DNA of 39,250 nucleotides from a virus (taxonomy: Duplodnaviria; Caudoviricetes): positions 1-39,250 of IMG/VR virus record IMGVR_UViG_3300037518_000299, one strand, 5' to 3'. The notes beneath the pieces are model-generated. The model was not told the origin of the DNA, did no database searches, and saw nothing but the letters and a program-made list of their open reading frames with translations. The first letter of the stretch is position 1; each line of letters starts with the position of its first letter. Shown here in pieces: positions 7,627 through 17,007 of this stretch. The position numbers and the translations under genes were made by a program.

Positions 7627-8979
7627 TTACGGGCTAAGTTTTTTCACGACCAGCGAACCATGGACCGGCGTAATCGAGTTGCTAGCGCCGCTGTCGGCCT
7701 TGATTCGCAAATCGATATCGACCGGCGCGGTCCCGATGTTGACAAGTCCCCGGCCGGATACGCGCCCCGCTGTATCGGTCGCCGTATCAAGCTCGGCGCG
7801 GATGTGGGTCTCCGCGCCGTCCACGTGGACGGCGACCGTGAAGACGGTAGACCCCGTGGCGCCGGTGATCGACAGATCAAACGAGATTTCGTAATCGCCA
7901 ACCGCGTCCGCGGATAGCTCGTCGGCGGCCGCGTCGTTAGTGACGTCGCCTGCGTCGATCGAATCGGTCGTAAACCCGGTGATTTGACTGTATCCCGTGC
8001 CGATCGACCCTTGCGCCGTCGATCCGCCGGCGAGATAAATTTCGCCGTACCCGCGAGGCGAGGACAATACGTGATCGAAGACGTTCCCGCCCGAATCCTT
8101 GAATTTTACGGCGAGAATATCAGCGGCCTCTGACTGGTAGAAAGTGGCCTGGACCACGCCGACATCGCCATCGGCCGGCGCCGACGTCGGGATATTTACC
8201 AGCAGATGCGAGGCGCCGAACTCATTTTGCAGCAGCGCGGTAGTTCCGGGTGAAGAATTCTGAATCACGAACCCGCCGGTGCCATCGTGCTGAAATGCAC
8301 CCGCGCCCGTCGTCGCGATATCCGCGCCAAGCAACGTGGTGAACGTGCCGGCGGCCGGAGTCGTGTTGCCGATAACAGCGCCATCGACCGTCCCGCCCGT
8401 GACCGCGACGGCCGACGCCGCCTGCGTCGCCATCGTGCCCAGCCCGAGATTAGTACGCGCGTCCCCGGCCGTGCTGGCACCGGTGCCGCCGTCAACGATC
8501 GCTAAATCGGTGATCCCGGTTACCGACCCGCCCGTGATCGCGACGGCCGACGCCGCCTGCGTCGCGATCGATCCGAGTCCAAGGGCCGACCGCGCGGCCG
8601 ACGGCGTTTTCGAAACCCAGTTGACGCCGTCGGAAAAAATCGACACGTCAGCCGACTGCGATAGTCCGGCGATATCGTCCAGCCCAGCGTCCCACGCTTG
8701 GATATCGGTTCCGATATCCAAACCCAGCGCGGTACGCGCCGCCGCCGCCGTCGCCCCGCCGGTGCCGCCAGACGCGACCGGGATCGGCGCGTCGGCCACT
8801 ACTATTTGCCCGACCGTCAGCGTGTCAATGGACGGGTCGAATAATAGGCCTGCCGCGTCAGTGACCATGTTTCCGGATGCGTCAAAAAATGCGATCCCGC
8901 CATTCGCCGCCGGGCCGACAAAATCCGCCGCGTCCGCGATTGTCCGAAACCGTAAACGTCCTACGCTCATTCCTATCAC
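7627..8979 (-). CDS. Tail fibre-like protein, 450 aa
   Basis: Repeated GGTGA...AARTALGL and ATQAASAVAxTGG units typical of fibre shafts, with a beta-rich C-terminal domain. Immediately follows the tape measure gene. Confidence 0.7.
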   Translation of the reverse strand: MIGMSVGRLRFRTIADAADFVGPAANGGIAFFDASGNMVTDAAGLLFDPSIDTLTVGQIVVADAPIPVASGGTGGATAAAARTALGLDIGTDIQAWDAGLDDIAGLSQSADVSIFSDGVNWVSKTPSAARSALGLGSIATQAASAVAITGGSVTGITDLAIVDGGTGASTAGDARTNLGLGTMATQAASAVAVTGGTVDGAVIGNTTPAAGTFTTLLGADIATTGAGAFQHDGTGGFVIQNSSPGTTALLQNEFGASHLLVNIPTSAPADGDVGVVQATFYQSEAADILAVKFKDSGGNVFDHVLSSPRGYGEIYLAGGSTAQGSIGTGYSQITGFTTDSIDAGDVTNDAAADELSADAVGDYEISFDLSITGATGSTVFTVAVHVDGAETHIRAELDTATDTAGRVSGRGLVNIGTAPVDIDLRIKADSGASNSITPVHGSLVVKKLSP

Positions 8980-8982
8980 CCC

Positions 8983-11151
8983 CTACGGAGTTCGCGACCG
9001 CCTCGATCGCGCGCCGCGATTATTCCCGCGCGCCACCTTGTTGTCGAGTTGGTCATTGATCTGGTCTATCTGATCCTGTAAGGACTGCGCCAGCGCGGCC
9101 GCCCGTTGCTGTTCGGCGAGCAATTTTTGCAGCGCGGCGGCGTTCCCTTGGTCCGCGTTCTGTCGAGAATCGTTTTCTTGCTGTTGGGTATCGGCGATCT
9201 GTTGCGTCGTGGACGCGGCATCTTCGCGGGCGCCGAAACCGAATCCGCCGCCGAACCCGTGCCCGCCGAACCCGAATCCGCGCGCGTTGCCGAGCCGACC
9301 GCCGGAAAACACCGGCCCCCGCTCTTCTTGCCCGGTGCCAGCTTCACGAAAAGCCCGCGAGCCCCCGGGACGATCCTGTTGCGCCGACAGGCCGCCACCC
9401 CCGGGGCGATCCATTGCTGCCGCTTGTTGCGCCGACAGGCCGCCACCAGCGGACGACACAACGGGTGTCGAAGCCCCGTCGCCGCCGGCATCGTTCAGCG
9501 CATTCCCGGTCGCCGACGCGAAACGCCGCGTCGGATCGTTCGCGGCAATCCGGCCGCGCGAAGCGATCGCGTCGTTCCCGTCACGGATCGCCTCGCTTTC
9601 CTTTTCGCGCTCCTGCGTCAACTTCTTGACTTCGTCGCGTTCGTCTTCGAGATTCAGGATTCGCTGTACTTGGTCGTCAGAAAACCCCTTTTCGGCGAAC
9701 TGGAGCGATCGCACGGCCCGCTCGCCCTCTCTCCACGCCTCGACCTGCCGTTCCAGACCGGCAATGATCTCGTCGGCGTTGGCGGATATTTTCCGCTGTT
9801 CCTCGGCCGCCGCGACTTCGTCGATCGCCTCGCGGGTTTGCCTCAGTTGATCGATTTGCTCTTGCGTGAATCCGCGCTTTGCGAGCGCGGCATCTCGGGC
9901 CGCTTGCTCGCCCTCCAGAATGCCGATGACCTCAAGGCGTTGCGCGTCGCGCAGGTCCTCGAACGCCTTTTCCCTCGCGTCGCGCATAGCGATCAAGGAA
10001 GCGATTTCCGCGTTTTCCGCGGCAACTCGCGCGTCAGCGGCCGCCTGCTGCTCCCGGAACTTCTCCCGCGCCGCCTCGGTTTGTTTCTCGATTAGCGCGA
10101 CTATGTCTTTCGCGGCCTGTATTTCCTCGGCGGACGCTATTTGGAAATCCTGGGCGCTTTGGCCGAAGGACCCTTGCGCTCGCATCGCTTCGTCTAGCCC
10201 AGCACTATACTCGATTAGAGATTCCGTAACCTCTATGGTGCCGCCGACGATAATCTTGAACGGGAGAACCAGGGCGTTCAACGCATCGGCGAACGGCCCG
10301 GATAACTTGGCCGCCACTTCCCCAACCCCGGCGGCAAGCTCGGCCATCCATTTGGCGGCGTCCACGGCGAGGACAGCCAGTTGAGCCAAGCCGTCCATTC
10401 CGCCGCCGGCGACGAACGCTTCGAGGAACTCCTGGTGGATATTTTGTACTGCCCCGGCGATTTCCTCAAGCGGATTCGGGACGGTCAATCCGGCTTGTTC
10501 GACCCGCTCCAGTTCGGCCTGAAATTTCGCCATCGAGAACGTGGCGTCGTCGCCGCGTAGCCCGAATTCGTCGAGCGCCCGCGAATTCTTGCCGATGCCT
10601 TGCGCGAGACGTGTCAGTACGGATTCAAAAGACTGCCCTCGCTCGGACGCAAGCCCGATCGCAAGCGCGGCGAGTTCCGTCGTCGCCACGTTATCGGATA
10701 GCTTGCCGTTGAGGACGGGAAGGACGCGGTTAAGCAGTTGCGTCGCTTGCACGTTGTCGAGTTGGTATTTCGACATCCGTACAAGCCGGTCGGCGTAGGT
10801 GTCGGCTTGCGTTTTCGTGATCTCAAGCCGACTCGACAGCCCCGACAACGCATCCGAATAATCGAGCGCGGCTTGATAGTGCGACACTATCACATCAAGG
10901 CCCGCCTCGAGGGTAGCGAAAACGTCCTTTGCCACCGCCGTGACTGCCAGGTATCCGGTTGATAGCGCCGTGATCGTGGTCGCAAGCGATCCGCTCGCGC
11001 GGTCGTTATCGCGCACCGAATCCCCGAGATCGTCGAGCGTCGCCCCCGCCCCGCCCGACGCCGTGCCGACGTTGTCCAGCTCGTCGGCAAGCCCGCCCAG
11101 CGATTGCCGGGCAGATTCAGCGTCGAGTTCCACGTCAAGTTTTACGGCCAC
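8983..11151 (-). CDS. Tail tape measure protein, 722 aa
   Basis: Ala-rich helical/coiled-coil protein following the frameshifting chaperone. GTG start, N-terminus AVKLDVELDA. Confidence 0.85.
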   Translation of the reverse strand: MAVKLDVELDAESARQSLGGLADELDNVGTASGGAGATLDDLGDSVRDNDRASGSLATTITALSTGYLAVTAVAKDVFATLEAGLDVIVSHYQAALDYSDALSGLSSRLEITKTQADTYADRLVRMSKYQLDNVQATQLLNRVLPVLNGKLSDNVATTELAALAIGLASERGQSFESVLTRLAQGIGKNSRALDEFGLRGDDATFSMAKFQAELERVEQAGLTVPNPLEEIAGAVQNIHQEFLEAFVAGGGMDGLAQLAVLAVDAAKWMAELAAGVGEVAAKLSGPFADALNALVLPFKIIVGGTIEVTESLIEYSAGLDEAMRAQGSFGQSAQDFQIASAEEIQAAKDIVALIEKQTEAAREKFREQQAAADARVAAENAEIASLIAMRDAREKAFEDLRDAQRLEVIGILEGEQAARDAALAKRGFTQEQIDQLRQTREAIDEVAAAEEQRKISANADEIIAGLERQVEAWREGERAVRSLQFAEKGFSDDQVQRILNLEDERDEVKKLTQEREKESEAIRDGNDAIASRGRIAANDPTRRFASATGNALNDAGGDGASTPVVSSAGGGLSAQQAAAMDRPGGGGLSAQQDRPGGSRAFREAGTGQEERGPVFSGGRLGNARGFGFGGHGFGGGFGFGAREDAASTTQQIADTQQQENDSRQNADQGNAAALQKLLAEQQRAAALAQSLQDQIDQINDQLDNKVARGNNRGARSRRSRTP

Positions 11152-11700
11152 TTTTCGCCCTCACGTGCTCATTCCAAGCGCCAACCACGATAGCAAGCCG
11201 GCCCACTTCATCGGCTGGCATTTCTAAAATCAGATCGGCCGAACATCCGGTCGCCTCGGCGATCATGCCGGCGGTCCGCAAAGCTGCGAACAGCCCCACG
11301 GTTGCATTGTCCGACGGCGCGCCGTGAAAGGCCCGCGCCGCCTCGAGCCTCAGTTTCCCGCTTCGCTCTCCGTAAGCGTGCCGTCAAACACGTCGCGCAC
11401 GGCGGATAGGGACATCCGGTAGAGTGCCGGGTATTGCTCGCACGCTTTCTGAAAATTAGATTTCGTGAATTCTACGGGGTGCGATTCTCCAGGCGTCGCC
11501 CCATCCGCGACAACTCCCGACCAATCGGCGATGAAGCCCACAAAAAACTTGTGCGCCTCTTCGACCGACGTAATCGAGACGTTGCGGACGACGTCGGCGT
11601 ACGTCGGCCGTCGCACGTGTAGCGTGAAGTCGCCGAACGATTTATGCTTCAACGGCACCTTGGCCAGTTCGTCCGACTTTTGTGATTCCGAAAACTTCAT
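11135..11700 (-). CDS. Tail assembly chaperone G (11350-11700) and GT (-1 frameshift product ending at 11135)
   Basis: ORF ends GCG GGA AAC TGA. The slippery heptamer GGGAAAC is at 11353-11359, and the -1 frame is open for about 70 codons (KLRLEAARAFHG...KSGRKT) up to the tape measure start. Confidence 0.85.
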
Positions 11701-12230
11701 CCAAGCCCCCTTGCCAATTCGGTTTCGGCCGACCGGAAAATCAGCGCCTCGATCTGTTTGAGCCGATCCGGCGTTACCATGTTCTCAAACAGGATCGGCC
11801 GGCCGGCGTCGTAAAATTCGGCGTATTCAATATTGGTTCCGAAGGTCAGCATCAAGCCGGCGGCCTCAAACACGTTGCCCTTGCCGGCCAGTTGGAGCGA
11901 CGCCAGCAGCAACCCCCGGTCAACGCCGATCTGAAACCCCTTGCCCCTCGCGTTTTGCAAAAACCGTCGCCGCGAATCGCGAGTCTTTAGCGCCTTGAAC
12001 GCGGCGAGGCGACGGTTACGGTTATCGACCGTCTCGGGCTTTATCGGCCGCCACTTGTTGCCCGCCGCGTCGGCCTTCCCCCGGGATCGAGACACGTAAT
12101 CGACCTTAGCCCAGGCGAGAAGCTGAATGCCGACGACTTTCAGAACGGCCGGCCCCGCCGTCGCCTCGACGTGCGCGGCCGCCTGCCGTATCTGCGCCGA
12201 CACTTGCGGGATATTCGATCGGATGCCCAC
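11697..12230 (-). CDS. Mu gpG-like virion morphogenesis / tail completion protein
   Basis: Motifs WRPIKPET, GVDRGLLLASL, FGTNIEYA and RPIL. Confidence 0.7.
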   Translation of the reverse strand: MGIRSNIPQVSAQIRQAAAHVEATAGPAVLKVVGIQLLAWAKVDYVSRSRGKADAAGNKWRPIKPETVDNRNRRLAAFKALKTRDSRRRFLQNARGKGFQIGVDRGLLLASLQLAGKGNVFEAAGLMLTFGTNIEYAEFYDAGRPILFENMVTPDRLKQIEALIFRSAETELARGLG

Positions 12231-12266
12231 GATTCCCCCGGAAAACGATCCTGTTATCGGCTACGG

Positions 12267-13229
12267 CTACGACGTTCCGAAGGTGAACGCCACGTCCGCG
12301 CTTGATCCGGCCACCGCGACGCCGCCCGGGGTTACCGTGATGGTGTCGTTTTTGCCGCCGGCCTTCGGCGCCGTCTGCGGGACCCAGATCGGCATATCAA
12401 TTTGCATGGTGGTATTGTCGTCCGCCCCCGTCCCGCCGTGGTCGCCTACGAAATTCAGTCGCATGTCCAACCCTTGGGTTGTGATATCGGAAAGAATAGC
12501 GTTGACGTCGGCGCCCCAGTCTCGCGAATCGCGGTCGGCGAACGCCGTGAAATTGAACGCGACCTCCCGTTCGCCGGCCAACAGCAGCGTCGCCGTCGCT
12601 TCGTCGCAAAAATCGGGGTTCAGATTGTTATTGACTGTCAAGCTGAAGGCCGACAAGCACAGCACTAGCGGCGTCCCGTCCGGGTCGAGGGTCAGCGTCG
12701 CGCCTGACATCGTGAATTGATTCAATGGAGGCGGATCGGCCGGGATCGATTGAAGCGACCCGAAATTATCGACCCGGTTTTTGCCGATCAGGTCGAGCGA
12801 AATATTCACGCCGGCGCTTTGCGACCCGGACAAGGTCATATTCCCGACCCGCAAGCCAAGGTCGCGGCGTTCGTTCTCGCCGTCGTCCCACTCGGCGGTA
12901 TGGGATTGCAACGCGCTGCCGGTCGCGGCCATCGCCCAGTTGATGAGTTTTTCCGCCCACGATTCTGATGTTTGCGGCACACCGTCCACGTCCGGATAAC
13001 CCGCCAACAATGGCGCCGACAGGTTGCCGGCGAGGCCCAGGCGCTCATTGAACGTGTGTCGCCGCTGTCGCTGGCCGAGTTTGACGGCCGCAAATTGCGG
13101 AGATTGCGTGACATCAACTGTATAATCCGTAACCGGCATATAGAAATACACGGTGTTGTCCAGCGTCCCCCACGTCGTCTCCTTGGCGAGGAAAAGATAG
13201 GATTGCCAGCCTTTGCGCGGATCGGCCAT
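12267..13229 (-). CDS. Major tail tube protein, 320 aa
   Basis: Motifs LFLAKETTWGT and FSLTVNNNL...GEREV typical of tube proteins. Upstream of the chaperone and tape measure genes. Confidence 0.8.
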   Translation of the reverse strand: MADPRKGWQSYLFLAKETTWGTLDNTVYFYMPVTDYTVDVTQSPQFAAVKLGQRQRRHTFNERLGLAGNLSAPLLAGYPDVDGVPQTSESWAEKLINWAMAATGSALQSHTAEWDDGENERRDLGLRVGNMTLSGSQSAGVNISLDLIGKNRVDNFGSLQSIPADPPPLNQFTMSGATLTLDPDGTPLVLCLSAFSLTVNNNLNPDFCDEATATLLLAGEREVAFNFTAFADRDSRDWGADVNAILSDITTQGLDMRLNFVGDHGGTGADDNTTMQIDMPIWVPQTAPKAGGKNDTITVTPGGVAVAGSSADVAFTFGTS

Positions 13230-13241
13230 ATCGAAAGCCCT

Positions 13242-13772
13242 CTAGTTCGTAATCCAGATTTGCGGGTTAAAGTCCCGCTCCAGCGTAACTGTAGTCGAGG
13301 CCACCATCGCCTTTTTCCCGTCCGATGTCAGCCGGTCGCCGATACTGAACGAATCGGCGGCCGGCTGGTACCGGCACGCCGAGGCAATTGCTGTATTCGG
13401 AAACGATCCCAGCGGCGATTGATACAATGCCTCGTGGATCTGCGCCCACAACCGTTCCGCCTCAAACAGATTCCAATGCGGCGCCCAGGCGTCCACAGAA
13501 AACGTGTATTTGACGACCTTCGCGCAGTTGACCTCCCACGGCGACGACGACGCGCCCGGCACAATTTGCAACGCGGGCAGGTCGGAGAATTTCGGCAAGT
13601 CGGGCTTGTGCGCCTCGACGCCCTCGTATTTCCATTTCCGGTTGAACCGGTCGGCCAGCGGCAACCACGAATCGAGCGCGTTGCATAGCGCGTCTCGGCA
13701 AATAGTCAACGGCGACGGCGCCGCGTTGGTGCCGTTATTGCCGTACAGCAGTGACAGTGGCGCACCGCCCAT
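13242..13772 (-). CDS. Putative tail terminator / neck protein
   Basis: Size, position just before the tube gene, and a DLPALQIVP motif. Confidence 0.55.
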   Translation of the reverse strand: MGGAPLSLLYGNNGTNAAPSPLTICRDALCNALDSWLPLADRFNRKWKYEGVEAHKPDLPKFSDLPALQIVPGASSSPWEVNCAKVVKYTFSVDAWAPHWNLFEAERLWAQIHEALYQSPLGSFPNTAIASACRYQPAADSFSIGDRLTSDGKKAMVASTTVTLERDFNPQIWITN

Positions 13773-13776
13773 GATT

Positions 13777-14280
13777 CTAGATATCGTCCTCGAACATAAT
13801 GAACGCAGTCACCAGTGAACCCGGATTGTCGTACGATAGGTTGGTTGCCGCCCAAGAAAACCCATTGGCGAGCCTAATGCCATTCGGTAGAGGCAAGTTT
13901 TGCGCCGTAAGATCGGGGGCCAGAATAAACACCCACGCCGGGTCAGTCACGCCGACCGTAACGTCTTCCGCCAGCGCGTCGTAAATCAAAATCGCGGCGC
14001 CGGCGGTATGCGTATTGATGCCGGTGATCCCGTGAAGGCGCACGGGCACGGTCGCGCCGGATACGTCTACGGGGTCATTTGTCGTGAACGCCCCTAGTTT
14101 CGCGATCGGCGTTCCAGGGTTGACCGCAGACACGAATAGCGGATTGATCGACGTGACCGGCCCGCCATTGACGCCGTCGGCGCCGGTATACAATTTCGAT
14201 ACCGGATATTCGACCGAAGAGATCGTCTCGGTTTTTACGTTTGGCCCGCCCGAGATCACCGTTTTGTTCAGCGTCACCAT
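13777..14280 (-). CDS. Virion structural protein (beta-rich), 167 aa
   Basis: Overlaps the adaptor stop codon. Located in the neck region. Confidence 0.55.
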   Translation of the reverse strand: MVTLNKTVISGGPNVKTETISSVEYPVSKLYTGADGVNGGPVTSINPLFVSAVNPGTPIAKLGAFTTNDPVDVSGATVPVRLHGITGINTHTAGAAILIYDALAEDVTVGVTDPAWVFILAPDLTAQNLPLPNGIRLANGFSWAATNLSYDNPGSLVTAFIMFEDDI

Positions 14281-14735
14281 TACCGCCTCCGTAACCTTGG
14301 CGTCCGCGCTCTCGGCCGGCCCAGCCTGCGTATCCGGTCCGAATCGCTATCGCCCGGATAGGCAAGCCCAGGCACCCGCGCGGCGCCGGTCGCGACGTCC
14401 GCCAAGAACTCGCGCGCCCGTTGCGCCGCTCCAGACAGCGCGTCGCCGACGTCGCCGCCGCCACGCCCGGCCATCCATTCCGCCGCCAGGTCAACTGCTA
14501 CCGACCGCAGGCGCCGATTGAGGTTGTTTTCGCTTTGCGATAGCGGAACGACGAAAAACTTCTGGAGCGCCGTATCAATCTCGCCCGCCGCCGCCGCAAC
14601 GGCCTTCGTCAGGCTCGCCGCCGTTTCGTCGCTGTCGATCGATTCGTCGAGATCGTCATCGGCGAGATAGTCAACGCCAGATTGCCGGAGCCGGTCCGTT
14701 ACGTCCGCCTCCAGACAATAGGTGTCGATTGCCAT
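14280..14735 (-). CDS. Mu gp36-like (DUF1320) head-tail adaptor
   Basis: Motifs YCLEADV, AAAGEIDTAL...VPL, LRSVAVDLA and AREFLADVATG. Directly after the capsid gene. Confidence 0.8.
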   Translation of the reverse strand: MAIDTYCLEADVTDRLRQSGVDYLADDDLDESIDSDETAASLTKAVAAAAGEIDTALQKFFVVPLSQSENNLNRRLRSVAVDLAAEWMAGRGGGDVGDALSGAAQRAREFLADVATGAARVPGLAYPGDSDSDRIRRLGRPRARTPRLRRR

Positions 14736-14767
14736 TTTCTCTCACCCCGTCACCCCGTGTTTACGGA

Positions 14768-15865
14768 TCAGAAATCGACCGTCGGAATCCATACCGCGTC
14801 CGGCTCGGCCAGCCCGAAGAACCAGTTGTCGCCCATGAATAGTTGAACGGCCGGCGGATTGATGCTCAAGGACGTAAACGCGAACGGTCCGAACTTTTTC
14901 TTGAAATTGCCCATCAGCGAATTGATGTCTCCGAAGACGCCGCTCGCGGTGGGCACCGCCTGCGGATGATTCATCGCCCGCAGCCATGGTCCAGGCTCGG
15001 GCGTAATGAGCGCCTTGGCGGCCGGCACGAACGAAACATTCGTCGTGCTGGCGTTGGGGTCCTCGCTCTGATAGGTCGCGTTGATGAAATGGAACGTAAA
15101 CCCGTTGATGTCATTGATGTCGCCCGACAAAAACCGCTCGACTCTCGTTTCGTTATTCTGGAAATACCCTTGCAGTTCGGTATTGTCCCGGAACCACTTC
15201 TTAGCCTCATGGTTCAAAAACACGTGGCGCGGGCGAGGCAGGTTCTCGGCCTCGGCGCGCTGGACGATTTGATCGAGATCGGTTAGGATTTTCGCCGACG
15301 CGTCGTCCCATGCGGTGCCGATGATGTCTCCCGAGCCATCATCCAACTGCGTTTTATGCGCGGCTGAAACGCCCAGGTCAACCGAGTACGCCGCCCCGGT
15401 CGATCCCTCGTAGATTTCGCCTTCCGGGCCGATGTATACGATCCCATCGGTAAGCGTTTTGGCCAGCGTCACCGCGCGCATCATGCGATGCCGTTTCCCG
15501 AAGTCCTCAAGCTGCCGAGCGATTTCGCCGCGCCCCATTTCGTCAATGGCGATGCTGGAATCTTGCTGCATGAATTCCATCGGCGCCATGTTCAACGTGA
15601 TTTCGTCGAACGAATGGTACGGGAAAAAGGACTTCTCGGCGATGCCGCGAACGTCCAGGGTCCGCGCCTGCGAACCCTTTTTGTTCAGCCGCGCCGGCCG
15701 TTTCTCGGCGCTCAGGATTCGGACGGTTGCCTTGTCTGAATCCACGTTCGACGGCTTGTCGAACAGCGTCAGAAAGTCGTTATCAACCAGCGCCTCGGCA
15801 GCAGCAATGTACGCTTCGGTGATAAAGTCGGGGTCTTTGATGTCTTGTACTGTCCACAAATCCAT
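14768..15865 (-). CDS. Major capsid protein (lambda gpE-like family)
   Basis: 365 aa with KTLTDGIV...VDLGV...H...W...ILTDL pattern. Lies between decoration protein and adaptor. GGAG RBS. Confidence 0.8.
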   Translation of the reverse strand: MDLWTVQDIKDPDFITEAYIAAAEALVDNDFLTLFDKPSNVDSDKATVRILSAEKRPARLNKKGSQARTLDVRGIAEKSFFPYHSFDEITLNMAPMEFMQQDSSIAIDEMGRGEIARQLEDFGKRHRMMRAVTLAKTLTDGIVYIGPEGEIYEGSTGAAYSVDLGVSAAHKTQLDDGSGDIIGTAWDDASAKILTDLDQIVQRAEAENLPRPRHVFLNHEAKKWFRDNTELQGYFQNNETRVERFLSGDINDINGFTFHFINATYQSEDPNASTTNVSFVPAAKALITPEPGPWLRAMNHPQAVPTASGVFGDINSLMGNFKKKFGPFAFTSLSINPPAVQLFMGDNWFFGLAEPDAVWIPTVDF

Positions 15866-15923
15866 TTCAACACTCCAGAATCAAAACCGCACTTGACCCA
15901 AAGCCCGCCAAAAGGACCGCGTT

Positions 15924-16949
15924 TTATTGCGGCCGGAAATTGATAATCACTAAAGTCGCGTCCAGGTCGGCCGTCGTGCCGTTGGTAACGGTAAGCGTCA
16001 ACACGTCGCCCAGCGCCAGGTTTTTCGCGGCCGCGGCAAGGTCTCCAAGCCGCGCTTCCGCGCCGGCCGCCGGGAACGCAGGCGTGCCATCGTACGTTTG
16101 CGTTACGAGCGTCGTCCCCGCGATGCCTTTTTTCACCGTCCAGGCCGACGTGTTCGAAGCATCGACCCCGGTCGAAGCGGCGATCGGCACGATGTAAATC
16201 GACTCGATCGTAACCGCTTGCCCAGCGGCGAAAATGACTGTCTCGGACAGGTCGGCGTCCGCAGCCAAGTCCGCCAGCGTGTAGTAAAACGTCTGAAGCG
16301 GGGTCGGGGCATTGATGGCGATGTCGCCAGTCAAGACGTCGTCGATATACAACCCCTTGATGACTTCGTACTCGTCTGCCGAAATATCTTCGAGGATCGC
16401 CGCGACGTCGCCTTTCAGGCTGCTGTATTTGAGCAACCCGCGTACGATCATGTCGCCCTGGTTGTCCACGTTCGCGGTGCGATCCACGTTTTGCAGCCGT
16501 AGCAAATCGTTTCGCAGGACGCCTCGCGGCGCCGCCGATCCGTCCTCGCAGAACACGGGCTCGTTATCGGCAAACGTAATCGACGATCCGACCGTAATCG
16601 TATTCGTCGTGTAATCGATCGACGAAATCGTCAACGCCGTGTCGTCGCCCACGGTGATTTCGTCGCCGGCTTTGAACGAGTCGGCGTCATCGACAACGAA
16701 CGCGGCAGCCGTATCGGCGGAATCGTTGACTCGGGTTCGCGGGCAGGGCCGAAATTTTCCGGTGGCAGTCACGCGGCCGAGAAAGAATCCGCCGCGCACG
16801 TCCTTGACTTGCGCGTTCCCGCCGTCGTACGATTCGGCGCCGCCGACCAGGACGGGCAACATCTCGTGGAGATTCAGCGCCTCGTGGACGAACGGGGCGT
16901 ACGGCGTGATTTCGGCGATGCTGTCAACGCCTGCCAGTCTTTGAGTCAT
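15924..16949 (-). CDS. Head decoration-like protein with extra domains, 341 aa
   Basis: GFFLGRVTATGKF and PRGVL motifs. Located between protease/scaffold and capsid. Confidence 0.6.
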   Translation of the reverse strand: MTQRLAGVDSIAEITPYAPFVHEALNLHEMLPVLVGGAESYDGGNAQVKDVRGGFFLGRVTATGKFRPCPRTRVNDSADTAAAFVVDDADSFKAGDEITVGDDTALTISSIDYTTNTITVGSSITFADNEPVFCEDGSAAPRGVLRNDLLRLQNVDRTANVDNQGDMIVRGLLKYSSLKGDVAAILEDISADEYEVIKGLYIDDVLTGDIAINAPTPLQTFYYTLADLAADADLSETVIFAAGQAVTIESIYIVPIAASTGVDASNTSAWTVKKGIAGTTLVTQTYDGTPAFPAAGAEARLGDLAAAAKNLALGDVLTLTVTNGTTADLDATLVIINFRPQ

Positions 16950-17007
16950 GATTTCAAGCCCTCACATGAATCGATATCGTTTCCAGTTTCCGGCACCAAA
17001 GGCCGAG

